A stretch of DNA of 40,316 nucleotides from Flavobacteriaceae bacterium (GCA_947444255.1 CANEZU010000001.1:1-40316); one strand, 5' to 3'. Shown: positions 10,701-19,485, counted from the first letter of the stretch. Notes: a model not told the origin generated them from the letters alone. Program-made: numbers and translations.

Positions 10701-11109
10701 AAAGAGTTGTAGCGGGAACAGAATCAATTAAAACATTTAATGGATTAGTTAATACAACCACATCTCCACCGGAACTTAATTTAAAGTTAGTATGTAACTC
10801 ACTTCCTGAATCTGTTCTGTTTTTGTCGGAACACCAAACCAACATATAATAACCAGGGGCAAGAGTAATATTTGGAAAAACCCATTTATAGGGTAGTGTT
10901 GAATCATCAGATAACCCATAACCACTTAGATTTATAGGAAATCTAGAATTATTAAATAATTCTACCCAATCCTGATAGGTGCCGTCTTCATCTTGGTTTA
11001 CAGTACTATTAGAGCTTAGAATTTCATTTATAACAATACCTTGACCAAAAGAAGAAGGGATTAAAACAAGGAATAACAAAGTTAGTACAAAGAGTAGTTT
11101 TTTTTTCAT
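7753..11109 (-). CDS. Secreted CotH-kinase-family protein, paralog C, with T9SS type A sorting domain
   Basis: Same architecture as paralog B: GLRIRGGISR, LRNSGGD, DWPNNN, RWRWLYHDMD, and C-terminal VYPNPF...KGIYLLQL...KKIVKK. Confidence 0.93.
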   Translation of the reverse strand: MKKKLLFVLTLLFLVLIPSSFGQGIVINEILSSNSTVNQDEDGTYQDWVELFNNSRFPINLSGYGLSDDSTLPYKWVFPNITLAPGYYMLVWCSDKNRTDSGSELHTNFKLSSGGDVVVLTNPLNVLIDSVPATTLLQNVSYGRLPNGSGPFVYFAQVTPAALNSDIGYNEILSPPIFSNSATFSTSEFDLTLTTSVPGATVLYTLDGSEPKQSNLGGTTYRYKNQYPENIGDATGPFFTESFKTLEFVTPISIVDCSSKPNKIAAIATTFSFDPTYIPINPVFKGTVVRAKVIKPGALESKTVSKTYFINPSGINRFSLPIVSLSIDEDQFFDYDKGIYVPGIDSDTWRINNPTTDPKWLEGIGNYYRTGRANEKVANMSYYVNGTEVINQEVGLRIRGGISRTFESKSLTIYARSDYGKGTLDYKFFGDLPYDSFTALVLRNSGGDFQNTMFRDALNQQICKYLHPEKESYQPTVTFINGEFWGILNIRDRYDIDYFKRVYNATAVDFLENDANIMEGDDLNYNALIDYLTTNSLVNPTNYEYIKTQLDPINLTDYYISNIFLENEDWPNNNIQYWRNKIVVNNLGAPNGLDGRWRWLYHDMDNSFSFVSGDMNSNTLEVATSVNTTDVNPEYSTLILRKLLENTTFKNDFINRFADLLNTTFLPSRTTSLLNSMKSVIYPTIPEHIDRWKSPSNKSSYDWSINHELSFLNQRPDFQRNHIRSVFNINSNINATLNVSGAEQGFIKMNSIEIKEGTDGILLTPYPWSGIYFSNIPISLKAIAYPGFSFSHWSGASSSTNPEITITMDKSYDITAVFVTETVASSQPIYFWMFDNIIANNLPLETLNTSYKAGINDGVINFSSCLLGYPFVSSDLNWRKASMERRNGPTEINYIPYLNNNITFATSNMRGLQIKEPFLNNGLENTMVFNFSTSKYKDIKFSFAAINELTNAENIIVEYALNSGLPFWMSTGLTSNSFPLTASYQLFNVDLSSVTSANDNPNFKVRLRFSGSNMTADTGARITFNNIVVHGTQLPLAVVQNEAQQFSVYPNPFLDFISINGINQANLVSYKLFTIDGKLIKYNSLENNKIDLTDLDKGIYLLQLSSNEKTEIKKIVKK

Positions 11110-11137
11110 AACTTATTGATTTTGATTCGTTAGGAAG

Positions 11138-11204
11138 GGAAGTTAGGAAAAGCAGTACAATAGTGAACCTTTTATCGGTATAAAGCTAGATTTCATCTAC
11201 GAAG
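11138..11204 (-). promoter_or_regulatory. Putative promoter of paralog C (diverged copy of the shared motif)
   Basis: ggaagtta at 11138-11145 (TAACTTCC on the minus strand). atcggtata at 11174 and atctacgaa at 11195 are 21 bp apart. Same 36-bp offset from the box as in paralog A. Confidence 0.4.
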
Positions 11205-11398
11205 TGTACAAAATTAATGTAGGGTTGTATTAATTGTTTTTAGATTAACATTTGAAAATTAAAAGATAAGGAGTGATTTTATAGTATTAATATACTGACA
11301 CGTCCTAAAATAACAATACCCATTATTGAATAAATCCTACTTAAGCATCTTGTTCTAAAAAAACTAAATAGTTAAATTTTATTAGGACGAAAGAGTAA

Positions 11399-12643
11399 TT
11401 ATTGGGTTATGGATTTGTTTTCTAAGGTTTTGAAATCGGAGGCTTTAATAAAGCACAATAAGATTAATTGAAAGAAGAAAATTCCGTAATGTCTAAAAAG
11501 AAAGTCTTCGATACAGCACATCAAGAAGATGTTAATTAGGAATATATTGAATACAAAATTATTAATTTTTAAAGCTATTTTGATGACCTGCATAACATAG
11601 AAAAGGAAGCAAGCGAAGCCAAAAATACCACTTGAAATAAAGAGGTATAAAAAATAATTATGAGTCATGTATTCTGTTTCCTTATAAAAGCTAGAATCAT
11701 AATTAGAGGCATAACAATCATTGAGTTTATTTTGAAGGTTAGCAAAACCAACGCCGTACAGATAATCTGTTTTTAATATGGAAATGGAGCAGTCAAAAAT
11801 AGCTTTTCGAATATTAGTAGAATCAAACTCTACTCCTTGGGGTGGTCTGTTGGCGCTGTTAATAACTTCCATAAATCTTGATTTTATGCCGGGAGTTAAG
11901 AATACTAAAAGACTTATTGCCATGGTAAGCATTGCTGTAAGAACCATTTTTTTCTTAAATGTAAATTGGGATCTAAACAATTGCATTCCTAAAAGTACCA
12001 GTATTAAAAAGATAAGATTTAGTTTAGTAATCAGTAAAAAGGAAATCAGTAAAAAGACAAATATATACAGGAGTTCAAAATATTTTTTTTGTTTTATCAC
12101 TCTTTCAAAGGCATGAGTACTGCAAAGCACTAGAATTGAAGTAAAATAGGTAGGGTGTATTTTTATTATTTTTAAATCGTCATAAATATAATTTCTAAAA
12201 CTGGAAACATTTTGGAAAACGATGAAAAGCTCCTTGAAATTATGATAATAAAAATAGCTAGCAATATAAAAAACACAGATAAGTAAGGAAGTGATTTTTA
12301 ATACAGAAAAATATAAATCCATTTTCTCGGAATCAAAAAAGTGGTTTGGTATGGAAAGAAAACATAGGGGTATGATAAGAAAAAATAGCGCATGTTGAAG
12401 ATGCGATTGATTTTCGAAGAGCTGATTGGAAACCATAGAGTAACTAAAAAGAATCCAAAATGGCAGAGTTAAAAGGAGATTTTTTAGTTTTAAATCAGGA
12501 AAAGTTTTATGAGAAAAGTGGTAAAATAGGGTGTTAGCTGCTAGCAGAATTATCATAAATGTTGAGATACTTTCCTTGAAAAGCGGAAAAGTAAAAAGAC
12601 AAGGAATTAAGAATAAGAATAATTTTTCAGTAGCCTTTTTCAT
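11399..12643 (-). CDS. O-antigen ligase (WaaL/Wzy_C) family membrane protein
   Basis: Multi-pass hydrophobic protein with a periplasmic loop STNIRKAIF...YGVGF...THNYFLYLFISSGIFG, typical of Wzy_C. Confidence 0.82.
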   Translation of the reverse strand: MKKATEKLFLFLIPCLFTFPLFKESISTFMIILLAANTLFYHFSHKTFPDLKLKNLLLTLPFWILFSYSMVSNQLFENQSHLQHALFFLIIPLCFLSIPNHFFDSEKMDLYFSVLKITSLLICVFYIASYFYYHNFKELFIVFQNVSSFRNYIYDDLKIIKIHPTYFTSILVLCSTHAFERVIKQKKYFELLYIFVFLLISFLLITKLNLIFLILVLLGMQLFRSQFTFKKKMVLTAMLTMAISLLVFLTPGIKSRFMEVINSANRPPQGVEFDSTNIRKAIFDCSISILKTDYLYGVGFANLQNKLNDCYASNYDSSFYKETEYMTHNYFLYLFISSGIFGFACFLFYVMQVIKIALKINNFVFNIFLINIFLMCCIEDFLFRHYGIFFFQLILLCFIKASDFKTLENKSITQ

Positions 12644-13872
12644 TAAATAAGGGTTTTAATTTTCGTGTAAAAATCATTTAATATCTGTTGTTCCGAAAAA
12701 GTAGTGGTAGCAAATTCTCTAGCACTTTGTCCCATGGAATCTGTGTTTTGAGTATTTTTCAAAGTTAATATACAGGAATAGATTTCAGCTGCATTATTTT
12801 CAGTAAAAAAGTAACCTCCATTTGACTGGCTCATTATTTTTGACACTTCCGAATTTGCGTTTCCCGAAATTAAGGAGGGTCTGGCGCTGGCCATCATACC
12901 TAAAATCTTTGAAGGCATTATGGTATCAATTACTTCCTGTTTTTGAAATAAAAAATGAGCATTTGCGGAGCAAAGAAGATTGGATAATTCTTCAAAAGGG
13001 ACCGGAGGGTAGAATTTCACAAAATTAAATTTTTGTAAATTCTTTTTTAAATTTTTAGCATAGGCTCCATCACCCACAATCACAATTTCAATTTCATCAG
13101 ATACTTTAATGAGTTCGCAAAGTGCTTCACATATGAGCCAATCTTGTTTTTCACCAATGTTTCCAGAGTATAGTAGGGAATATTTGATTTTATTCAAAAA
13201 TGGATGTTGGGTATATGTATTTGGATTTATTTTTTCGGATGAAACCCAATTAGGAAAGAAATATGGATTTTTGTGCTCTGATTTTTCTTTTATTTTTTCC
13301 AACATACTAAAACTAATACTGCTAACCACTGCAGCAGAATTGAGCATTGTTTTCTCAAAGGAATAAATGCCTTTTTTAAGAATTCGAAACAGGGGGTTGT
13401 AGTTGTTTATAATCCCGGAATCTAGGGCTAGATCAAATTCAAAATCCTGAATGTGAATCCAAAGTTTGGCCTTTTTTAATTTAGATAATACCAAAGCGGG
13501 TAAAATGGAAATTGTAAAGGGAACAATACAAATAACGAGATCTGAATTTTTTATTTTTCTTAAATTAAGAAATGTTCCAAAGAACAAGCTAAGCATCATG
13601 AGTACTCTAGCGCGGAAATTAATTTTGGTGGGAATAAACTGTTTGAAACGAATTATTTCTATTCCATTGACAGTCTCTGAATAAAAGGAAGGAAGGTTTT
13701 TATAGGATTCAAAAATTTTCCACTGGGGATAATTAGGGAAACCAGTAATTATTTTTACAGTAAACCCTTTTTCAGCCAGATAAGAAGAAAATTGACTGGT
13801 ATAAAGGCCAATTGCGGTATCTTCCGGGAAAAAAAAAGCGGTAATTACAGTAATTGATTTATTCTTTTTCAT
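12643..13872 (-). CDS. wcaI: WcaI-like GT4 glycosyltransferase
   Basis: FFPEDTAIGLYT, GFPNYPQW, HIQDFEFD, YSGNIGEKQ and MPSKILGMMAS match the WcaI family. Overlaps the next gene by 1 bp. Confidence 0.8.
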   Translation of the reverse strand: MKKNKSITVITAFFFPEDTAIGLYTSQFSSYLAEKGFTVKIITGFPNYPQWKIFESYKNLPSFYSETVNGIEIIRFKQFIPTKINFRARVLMMLSLFFGTFLNLRKIKNSDLVICIVPFTISILPALVLSKLKKAKLWIHIQDFEFDLALDSGIINNYNPLFRILKKGIYSFEKTMLNSAAVVSSISFSMLEKIKEKSEHKNPYFFPNWVSSEKINPNTYTQHPFLNKIKYSLLYSGNIGEKQDWLICEALCELIKVSDEIEIVIVGDGAYAKNLKKNLQKFNFVKFYPPVPFEELSNLLCSANAHFLFQKQEVIDTIMPSKILGMMASARPSLISGNANSEVSKIMSQSNGGYFFTENNAAEIYSCILTLKNTQNTDSMGQSAREFATTTFSEQQILNDFYTKIKTLI

Positions 13873-13897
13873 GAAAGCTTCACCTATTTTAAAAATA

Positions 13898-13967
13898 CAA
13901 ATATATTCTTTAAAAAAAATTATTTTAAGAAAAATATATAAATTATTTTAAAAAAACAATACATTTG
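13898..13967. promoter_or_regulatory. Divergent Bacteroidota housekeeping promoters (-7 boxes)
   Basis: TATATTTG on the minus strand (13898-13905) and TACATTTG on the plus strand (13960-13967), both matching TAnnTTTG and lying shortly upstream of the two start codons. Confidence 0.65.
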
Positions 13968-13989
13968 CGGAGCTAAAATTTAAAGAAAG

Positions 13990-14499
13990 ATGAAAAAATT
14001 AGTATTATTATTTCTAGGTAGTGTTTTGTTAACCTCTTGTGGAGGTGATAAAAAGAAAGAAGCATCAACAGAAGTTGAAGAAGTAAAAGATAAATATGTA
14101 TTAATCATGGATGCTATTTATGAAAAAGATGATAGTGTTGAAGTTGTTTATCAAAATGATAATTTTTTCAAGTATGATACCGCAATAAAAGTTAAAGTTA
14201 TAGGAGCGCCAACAATGCAAAAATTGACTTTTGCTGTACCAGAGGGAATAGCAGTAGAAAATTTTAAAATCTCGGTGAGTACTAATAAAGACCAAGAACA
14301 TTTAGCCATAAAAAATATTTCCATTTCAAATAATTCAAAAGTTATAAACGGAGATAATGGAAAATTTAACGAATATTTTTTAACTGACGAGTCATTCTCT
14401 TGGGATTTAAAAAACTCCAGGTTTAATTTGATCCATTCTAATAAGTATCCACCAAGCTTAGTAGGAAGTGATGTTCTAATTTCATTATTAACGGAATAG
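13990..14499 (+). CDS. Hypothetical lipoprotein
   Basis: MKKLVLLFLGSVLLTSC is an SPII signal with lipobox; has its own -7 box and a downstream hairpin. Confidence 0.8.
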   Translation: MKKLVLLFLGSVLLTSCGGDKKKEASTEVEEVKDKYVLIMDAIYEKDDSVEVVYQNDNFFKYDTAIKVKVIGAPTMQKLTFAVPEGIAVENFKISVSTNKDQEHLAIKNISISNNSKVINGDNGKFNEYFLTDESFSWDLKNSRFNLIHSNKYPPSLVGSDVLISLLTE

Positions 14500-14521
14500 G
14501 TTTTTAATTTCATTGACTAAT

Positions 14522-14558
14522 AAAAAGTTTTAATATAATTGTTTATTAAAACTTTTTT
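14522..14558 (+). terminator. Hairpin, probable terminator after the lipoprotein gene
   Basis: Perfect 14-bp inverted repeat aaaaagttttaata / tattaaaacttttt with an 8-nt loop; very AT-rich. Confidence 0.5.
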
Positions 14559-14570
14559 AATTTTATACCC

Positions 14571-15659
14571 ATGCATATTTATCTTGATAACATCATTTAT
14601 TCCAAAGTAAAAAACGGAGGGGTTTCCAATTATTGGTTTGAGTTGTCAAAGTATTTATTAGAAAAAAAGGATGTTGACCTTCATTTTTTTGAAGATTCGA
14701 AAGGGGAATTCAATTTTCATCGAAAAGCACTTCAGATTCCTAAAAGCAGTATTATTTCTTCAGAAAGGAGTATTGAATTATTGAATCGTCTGTTGCCGAT
14801 TGATTACAAAAGTGATGCTAAATTTATCTATCATTCCAGTTATTTCAGAGCTTTAAAGGGGAGTAAAAATCAAATTGAGGTAAGTACCGTTTACGATTTT
14901 ATTCATAATTATTATTCTAGTTTTTTAAAAAGAAAAATCCATAATAACTTAAAATTTAATGCGATTCGGCGCTCAAAAGGCATCATTTGTATTTCGAATA
15001 ATACGTATAAAGATCTTCTAAAATTTTGTCCACCAAAGGCTAATCAGAAAGTCGAAATGATTTATGTAGGAGTTAGTGATGATTATTTTCCTATTTTATC
15101 TTTGAATAGTACCGAAGAGCAATTTTTAGAAAGTCATGAATTGGAAAATGATTTTCTACTATTTGTGGGAGGCCGAACCAATTATAAAAATTTCGATTTT
15201 GCCATTTCGATACTCAATGATAATCCAAATCGTAAGTTAGTAGTTGTTGGAGGCGGATCCATAACGGAGACGGAACGGGGCAAGTTTAGCAAAGAAGCTT
15301 TGTCGGCATTAGTTTTTATACCCTCAGTAAGTAATTCAGAATTAAATATTTTATTTAATAACGCCCATGCACTGCTTTATCCTTCAAGTTATGAGGGGTT
15401 TGGAATTCCAGTTGTTGAAGCCATGCGAGCGGGTTGCCCGGTTATTGGACTCAATAATGCTACTTTGCAGGAAGTTGGAAATGATTCCGCCATTTTATTA
15501 GAAAACCTAGATGTAACTGATTTTAAGAATCGAACCGACCTTCTTTTTAATTCTGATTTCAGATCTGAAATTATAGAAAAGGGATTAGCAAACTCTAAAA
15601 AATACAGCTGGGAGAAATGCAATTCTGAAACTTTTGAATTTTATAAAAGTTTATATTAA
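14571..15659 (+). CDS. GT4 glycosyltransferase (MtfB-like)
   Basis: GGVSNY, TVYD, FVGGRTNYKN and LYPSSYEGFGIPVVEAMRAGCPVI (Ex7E motif). Confidence 0.88.
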   Translation: MHIYLDNIIYSKVKNGGVSNYWFELSKYLLEKKDVDLHFFEDSKGEFNFHRKALQIPKSSIISSERSIELLNRLLPIDYKSDAKFIYHSSYFRALKGSKNQIEVSTVYDFIHNYYSSFLKRKIHNNLKFNAIRRSKGIICISNNTYKDLLKFCPPKANQKVEMIYVGVSDDYFPILSLNSTEEQFLESHELENDFLLFVGGRTNYKNFDFAISILNDNPNRKLVVVGGGSITETERGKFSKEALSALVFIPSVSNSELNILFNNAHALLYPSSYEGFGIPVVEAMRAGCPVIGLNNATLQEVGNDSAILLENLDVTDFKNRTDLLFNSDFRSEIIEKGLANSKKYSWEKCNSETFEFYKSLY

Positions 15660-16829
15660 TTCTTTCTTCTTTTGAGAAGAATAATCTTTCAAATAGTAAT
15701 ATAACAATCCCATAAAAAAATAGAATTCTGGTGGAAAGTAATGACCGTCACGAAGAAGTTTTAACAACAAATAAATCACTACAGCCTGAGCGAAGAACAA
15801 TTCATCTGAAGAAAAAGATTTAGACACATAAATGAGTGTTAAGATGATAAATACAAAGCCGAATAAGCCAAATTCAGAACATATCCTTGTAAACAGTGAG
15901 TTTGCGTCAAAAGAATTGTCTTTGTATCTCCCAATAATCCTTAAGTATTCAGGAGGTCTCATTTCTTTTAAATAGCGTTCGGTATGCATATAATGATGGC
16001 TGCCAATTCCACTTCCTAAAGGATGGTCCGTAACATTTTTTTTAGCTATATACAAATTGCTAATTAAAACGTAGGAGCTTAAATTAGTATTTTTATCAAA
16101 TTTCCCAGTATTAATGACATTTAAGGAATTATAAGTATCGTCAACTCTAAGTTTTAAAAAAGGATAATTAGAATAGACATAAAAAAACAGAGCCAAAAGT
16201 AACGGGACCATCCCTACTAAGAATCCCACTCTTTTTAAGGTCAAATTGGGGATTAAAAACATCAGCGCACATCCAATATAGCCTAGCGAAGAATTAGAAA
16301 GAATTAAAGTGCCGAATATGATTGCAAAGTTGCGGTATTCTTTATTTTTTAAATAAAAATAGCAGGCAGGAATTACGACGATAACATAGTGAGCCGGTTC
16401 TTTAAAAATACTTTGAAGTCTAATTCCGTCATTTAAATTAATATCCAGGAAATACATTGGATAACCTATAATCGCTACAAAAAGACTTAATTTTAAATAG
16501 ACTTTTATGATTTCCTCTTTGTCGTAGAGCGGAATGAAATTATAGTAATAGGAGCCAATTATCGCAATTCCTAGAATTTGTGAAAACATAAAATTATAGG
16601 GAATCTTAATGATTGTATAAGCTATAAAACCATGAATTAAAAATAACAGGAGCAATGACAAGAAATAGTTATTAATTGCGAATTTCTTTATTTTGAATAG
16701 TAAAAAATAATTTACAATAATAATTAAGTACAGCAGTTTCCAATCAATAATAAAATTAAAGAAAAAAGCTTCTGTAAATATTGCAAATACAGATGAATAG
16801 AGAAGATATTTCTTAATTGAAATTTTCAA
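15651..16829 (-). CDS. Putative polysaccharide polymerase (Wzy-like) membrane protein
   Basis: Multi-pass protein with RLQSIFKEPA and HPLGSGIGS loops and SEFGLFG; TTG start; last gene of the gmd operon. Confidence 0.6.
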   Translation of the reverse strand: MKISIKKYLLYSSVFAIFTEAFFFNFIIDWKLLYLIIIVNYFLLFKIKKFAINNYFLSLLLLFLIHGFIAYTIIKIPYNFMFSQILGIAIIGSYYYNFIPLYDKEEIIKVYLKLSLFVAIIGYPMYFLDINLNDGIRLQSIFKEPAHYVIVVIPACYFYLKNKEYRNFAIIFGTLILSNSSLGYIGCALMFLIPNLTLKRVGFLVGMVPLLLALFFYVYSNYPFLKLRVDDTYNSLNVINTGKFDKNTNLSSYVLISNLYIAKKNVTDHPLGSGIGSHHYMHTERYLKEMRPPEYLRIIGRYKDNSFDANSLFTRICSEFGLFGFVFIILTLIYVSKSFSSDELFFAQAVVIYLLLKLLRDGHYFPPEFYFFMGLLYYYLKDYSSQKKKELI

Positions 16830-16837
16830 AGCAATAC

Positions 16838-18757
16838 TTATTTAAAATAGTAAAGGTACGAATGATTCGGGTTTTGATTTTTGTATTTTTTCCCCTCAAA
16901 AATAATAAAGTCCGTTTTCGTAGGATTATTAGTAATGATGGCATCAATGTTGGCTGTATTTTGAGGAATTATATTACTTGTATTTGTAACATTAATAGCC
17001 CTTATTTTAATATTTTCATAGTAGAAATTATGGAATAAAGGGTATTCCCAATCCGACATCATAAGTCCCACTTTATGGGGATTATTAGTATTTATTGTTT
17101 CTAAAATATCTCGATATTCCTTATAAAGTTGAGGTTGATTTGCAAAATATTTTTTAAATCGAGTGTCTTTATAACTTATGTTTTTTGTGTATTTTGCACT
17201 TTTTATCAAAGGTCTGGTATTGTTATAAACCGCATAAAAGTAAAAGCTATAGACCAAAAAAGGAATCGCAAAGATAAGTAGGTATTTATATAATTTTGAA
17301 TTTTTAGCTGCAACAATTATCAAAGGAACAGCCAATATAAATATAGGAATATGAAGTCTGGTATGCCACGGCTGCCATTTTAGATAAGCTGAAAAAAGGA
17401 TTATTTGTAAAAGGAGAACAAACAGGAATAGGACAATTTTTTTATTTTTTTTAAAATTCTCAAAGCCGCTTATTCCAACACTTATTAAGGCGAAGAAAAT
17501 TAGGATGAAATGAATGGTATTTGATACTAAATCTTCGTGAGTACAAAATTGTTTTGCGCCTTCATAGGGTAGACTTAGATAATTAGTTTGGGGATTATCA
17601 ATTGAAACTCCCATTTTTTTATGGATCTCCCGAATTAAATCATCAGCCTCTTTTTGAATAGGGTACCCCAAATGCAAGCCCGCATTTTTTAATAAATTGG
17701 AAGTTAGAAGTTCGAAATTCATTTTTTCATTAGCATAAAATTTAGATTCTACATCATCCACATTTAAAATATTATTGTTGACTTTGTAATTTCTAGAATA
17801 ATGGCCCAAGTTAATAGTAAGAGCAACAAAAAGAGCCAATAAACCAAAAAGTATAGGTTTAAGCGTTTTGTTTTTAATTGATTTTTGGAGAATAAATACT
17901 GCTAAAAGAACTAGGATTGGAGCTAAGAATACATAGGCAGTTCCTTTGGTCAGGAATGCTAAACCAATCGCGAGACCTTGAAATAGAAAATCCGAAAGTT
18001 TATTTTCATGATAAATTTTTATAGCATAAAAGATAACGGTTATTAAAAAAAAACTACAAACAATATCATTTTTAGGCGTTGATGCTTGTAATTCAACTGC
18101 TGGAATTGAGATTGCTAAAAAGGCGGCCAATAGTTTATAGGATCTCGAAACTTCGTAATAATCTAAGATAGCCCAAATAGATATTACAGATAAAATCATA
18201 AAAAACCATTGAACACTATTCGATAAATAATCATTCCCGTTTAGAAGATTAATTTGAAGAATGAAATATTCAGCAAAAGGAGGCTGGTATAAATGTCTCA
18301 GAATGTGTGATGGGAAATGGTTTACCGATTCATTAGACAGCCAATACATGATTCTTGACATATGATAAGTAAGGGAATCCCAATTGTTTGGAGGATATAT
18401 AATTCCTTGAATTAATAAGACCAAAGAACCTAAAAACAGGAGAACTAATGATGCCTTTAAAAGAGTAGTTAACGACCCATAATATTTTTTTATAGCAAGT
18501 CTAACGCTATTAACGGTTGCTAAAGTTTCCTTAATATCCTTCAACAAAATAAACAATAGGGTAACGGTTATTATTCCCCAAGTACAGGCTATGAAAAATA
18601 AATTTAAAGAATTGAATGCGCTCAGCAATTCAGTACTTAAAACAATAGCAACCGAAAAAAGTAAAGCAGCTGCTAGAATTAATTCTTTACTATTCTTTAT
18701 TAATTTTGATTTTAAAAGCACCAATAGGAGCAAAAAAAACACAAAGTAGATTAGCAT
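16838..18757 (-). CDS. ArnT/GT39-like (GT-C fold) membrane glycosyltransferase
   Basis: Many hydrophobic segments; PPNNWDSLTYH, KND and GLAFLTKGT motifs typical of PMT_2/ArnT-like proteins; directly follows a polyprenol-phosphate GT2. Confidence 0.72.
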   Translation of the reverse strand: MLIYFVFFLLLLVLLKSKLIKNSKELILAAALLFSVAIVLSTELLSAFNSLNLFFIACTWGIITVTLLFILLKDIKETLATVNSVRLAIKKYYGSLTTLLKASLVLLFLGSLVLLIQGIIYPPNNWDSLTYHMSRIMYWLSNESVNHFPSHILRHLYQPPFAEYFILQINLLNGNDYLSNSVQWFFMILSVISIWAILDYYEVSRSYKLLAAFLAISIPAVELQASTPKNDIVCSFFLITVIFYAIKIYHENKLSDFLFQGLAIGLAFLTKGTAYVFLAPILVLLAVFILQKSIKNKTLKPILFGLLALFVALTINLGHYSRNYKVNNNILNVDDVESKFYANEKMNFELLTSNLLKNAGLHLGYPIQKEADDLIREIHKKMGVSIDNPQTNYLSLPYEGAKQFCTHEDLVSNTIHFILIFFALISVGISGFENFKKNKKIVLFLFVLLLQIILFSAYLKWQPWHTRLHIPIFILAVPLIIVAAKNSKLYKYLLIFAIPFLVYSFYFYAVYNNTRPLIKSAKYTKNISYKDTRFKKYFANQPQLYKEYRDILETINTNNPHKVGLMMSDWEYPLFHNFYYENIKIRAINVTNTSNIIPQNTANIDAIITNNPTKTDFIIFEGKKYKNQNPNHSYLYYFK

Positions 18758-18759
18758 AA

Positions 18760-19485
18760 TTAATTGAATTTAAATAAGCCATATTTAAAAATACAATAGA
18801 TGGCTCTGAACCCATCTTTCCAACCAATTTTTTTACCTTCCTCATAAGTTCGACCATAGTAGGAAATGCCCACTTCGTAGATTCTGATTTTAGGAATACG
18901 CGCAATTTTTGCTGTGATTTCAGGTTCAAATCCAAATCTATTTTCTTTCAAAGAGATGGATTGAATTATTTTAGTGTTGAATAGTTTATAACAGGTTTCC
19001 ATATCTGTTAAATTCAAATTGGAAAACATATTTGATAAGGTAGTTAGAAAAATATTTCCGATAGTATGCCAAAAAAATAAAATCCGATGAGGATTACCCC
19101 CAATAAAGCGAGATCCGTAAACGACATCAGCAAAGCCAGAGAGAATTGGTTTCAAAAGCATGTTGTATTCTCGGGGATCGTATTCTAAATCAGCATCCTG
19201 AATGATTAAGTATTCACCGGTTGCTTTTTGGATTCCGGTATGTAAAGCGGCGCCTTTACCTTTGTTTACTTCGTGTTTAAAATACTGAATATCAAGTTCG
19301 GGATTATTTGCGATGTATTTTAAAACCGCTTCTTCGGTATCATCATTGGAAAAATCATTAACAATAATAATTTCCTTTTTGATGTTATTTTCTAAGGAAA
19401 CGCTTTTTAGATTGTTTAAAATCAAATGAATGGTTGGACCTTCGTTGTATGCGGGAATAATAACAGAGAGTTTGTTTAAATTCAT
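18760..19485 (-). CDS. GT2 glycosyltransferase, DPM1-like polyprenol-phosphate sugar synthase
   Basis: [48 protein letters not shown] and GKKIGWKDG. Confidence 0.9.
   Translation of the reverse strand: MNLNKLSVIIPAYNEGPTIHLILNNLKSVSLENNIKKEIIIVNDFSNDDTEEAVLKYIANNPELDIQYFKHEVNKGKGAALHTGIQKATGEYLIIQDADLEYDPREYNMLLKPILSGFADVVYGSRFIGGNPHRILFFWHTIGNIFLTTLSNMFSNLNLTDMETCYKLFNTKIIQSISLKENRFGFEPEITAKIARIPKIRIYEVGISYYGRTYEEGKKIGWKDGFRAIYCIFKYGLFKFN

Noticed and set aside
11295-11398. Functional hammerhead ribozyme
   Set aside because: The core reads CUGACAC rather than CUGANGA, and I could not find stems I and III or a cleavage triplet.
13829-13837. A9 tract near the 5' end of wcaI (and A8 near 18732) as phase-variation sites
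   Set aside because: Such runs are frequent throughout this AT-rich window, encode Phe runs, and the frames are intact.
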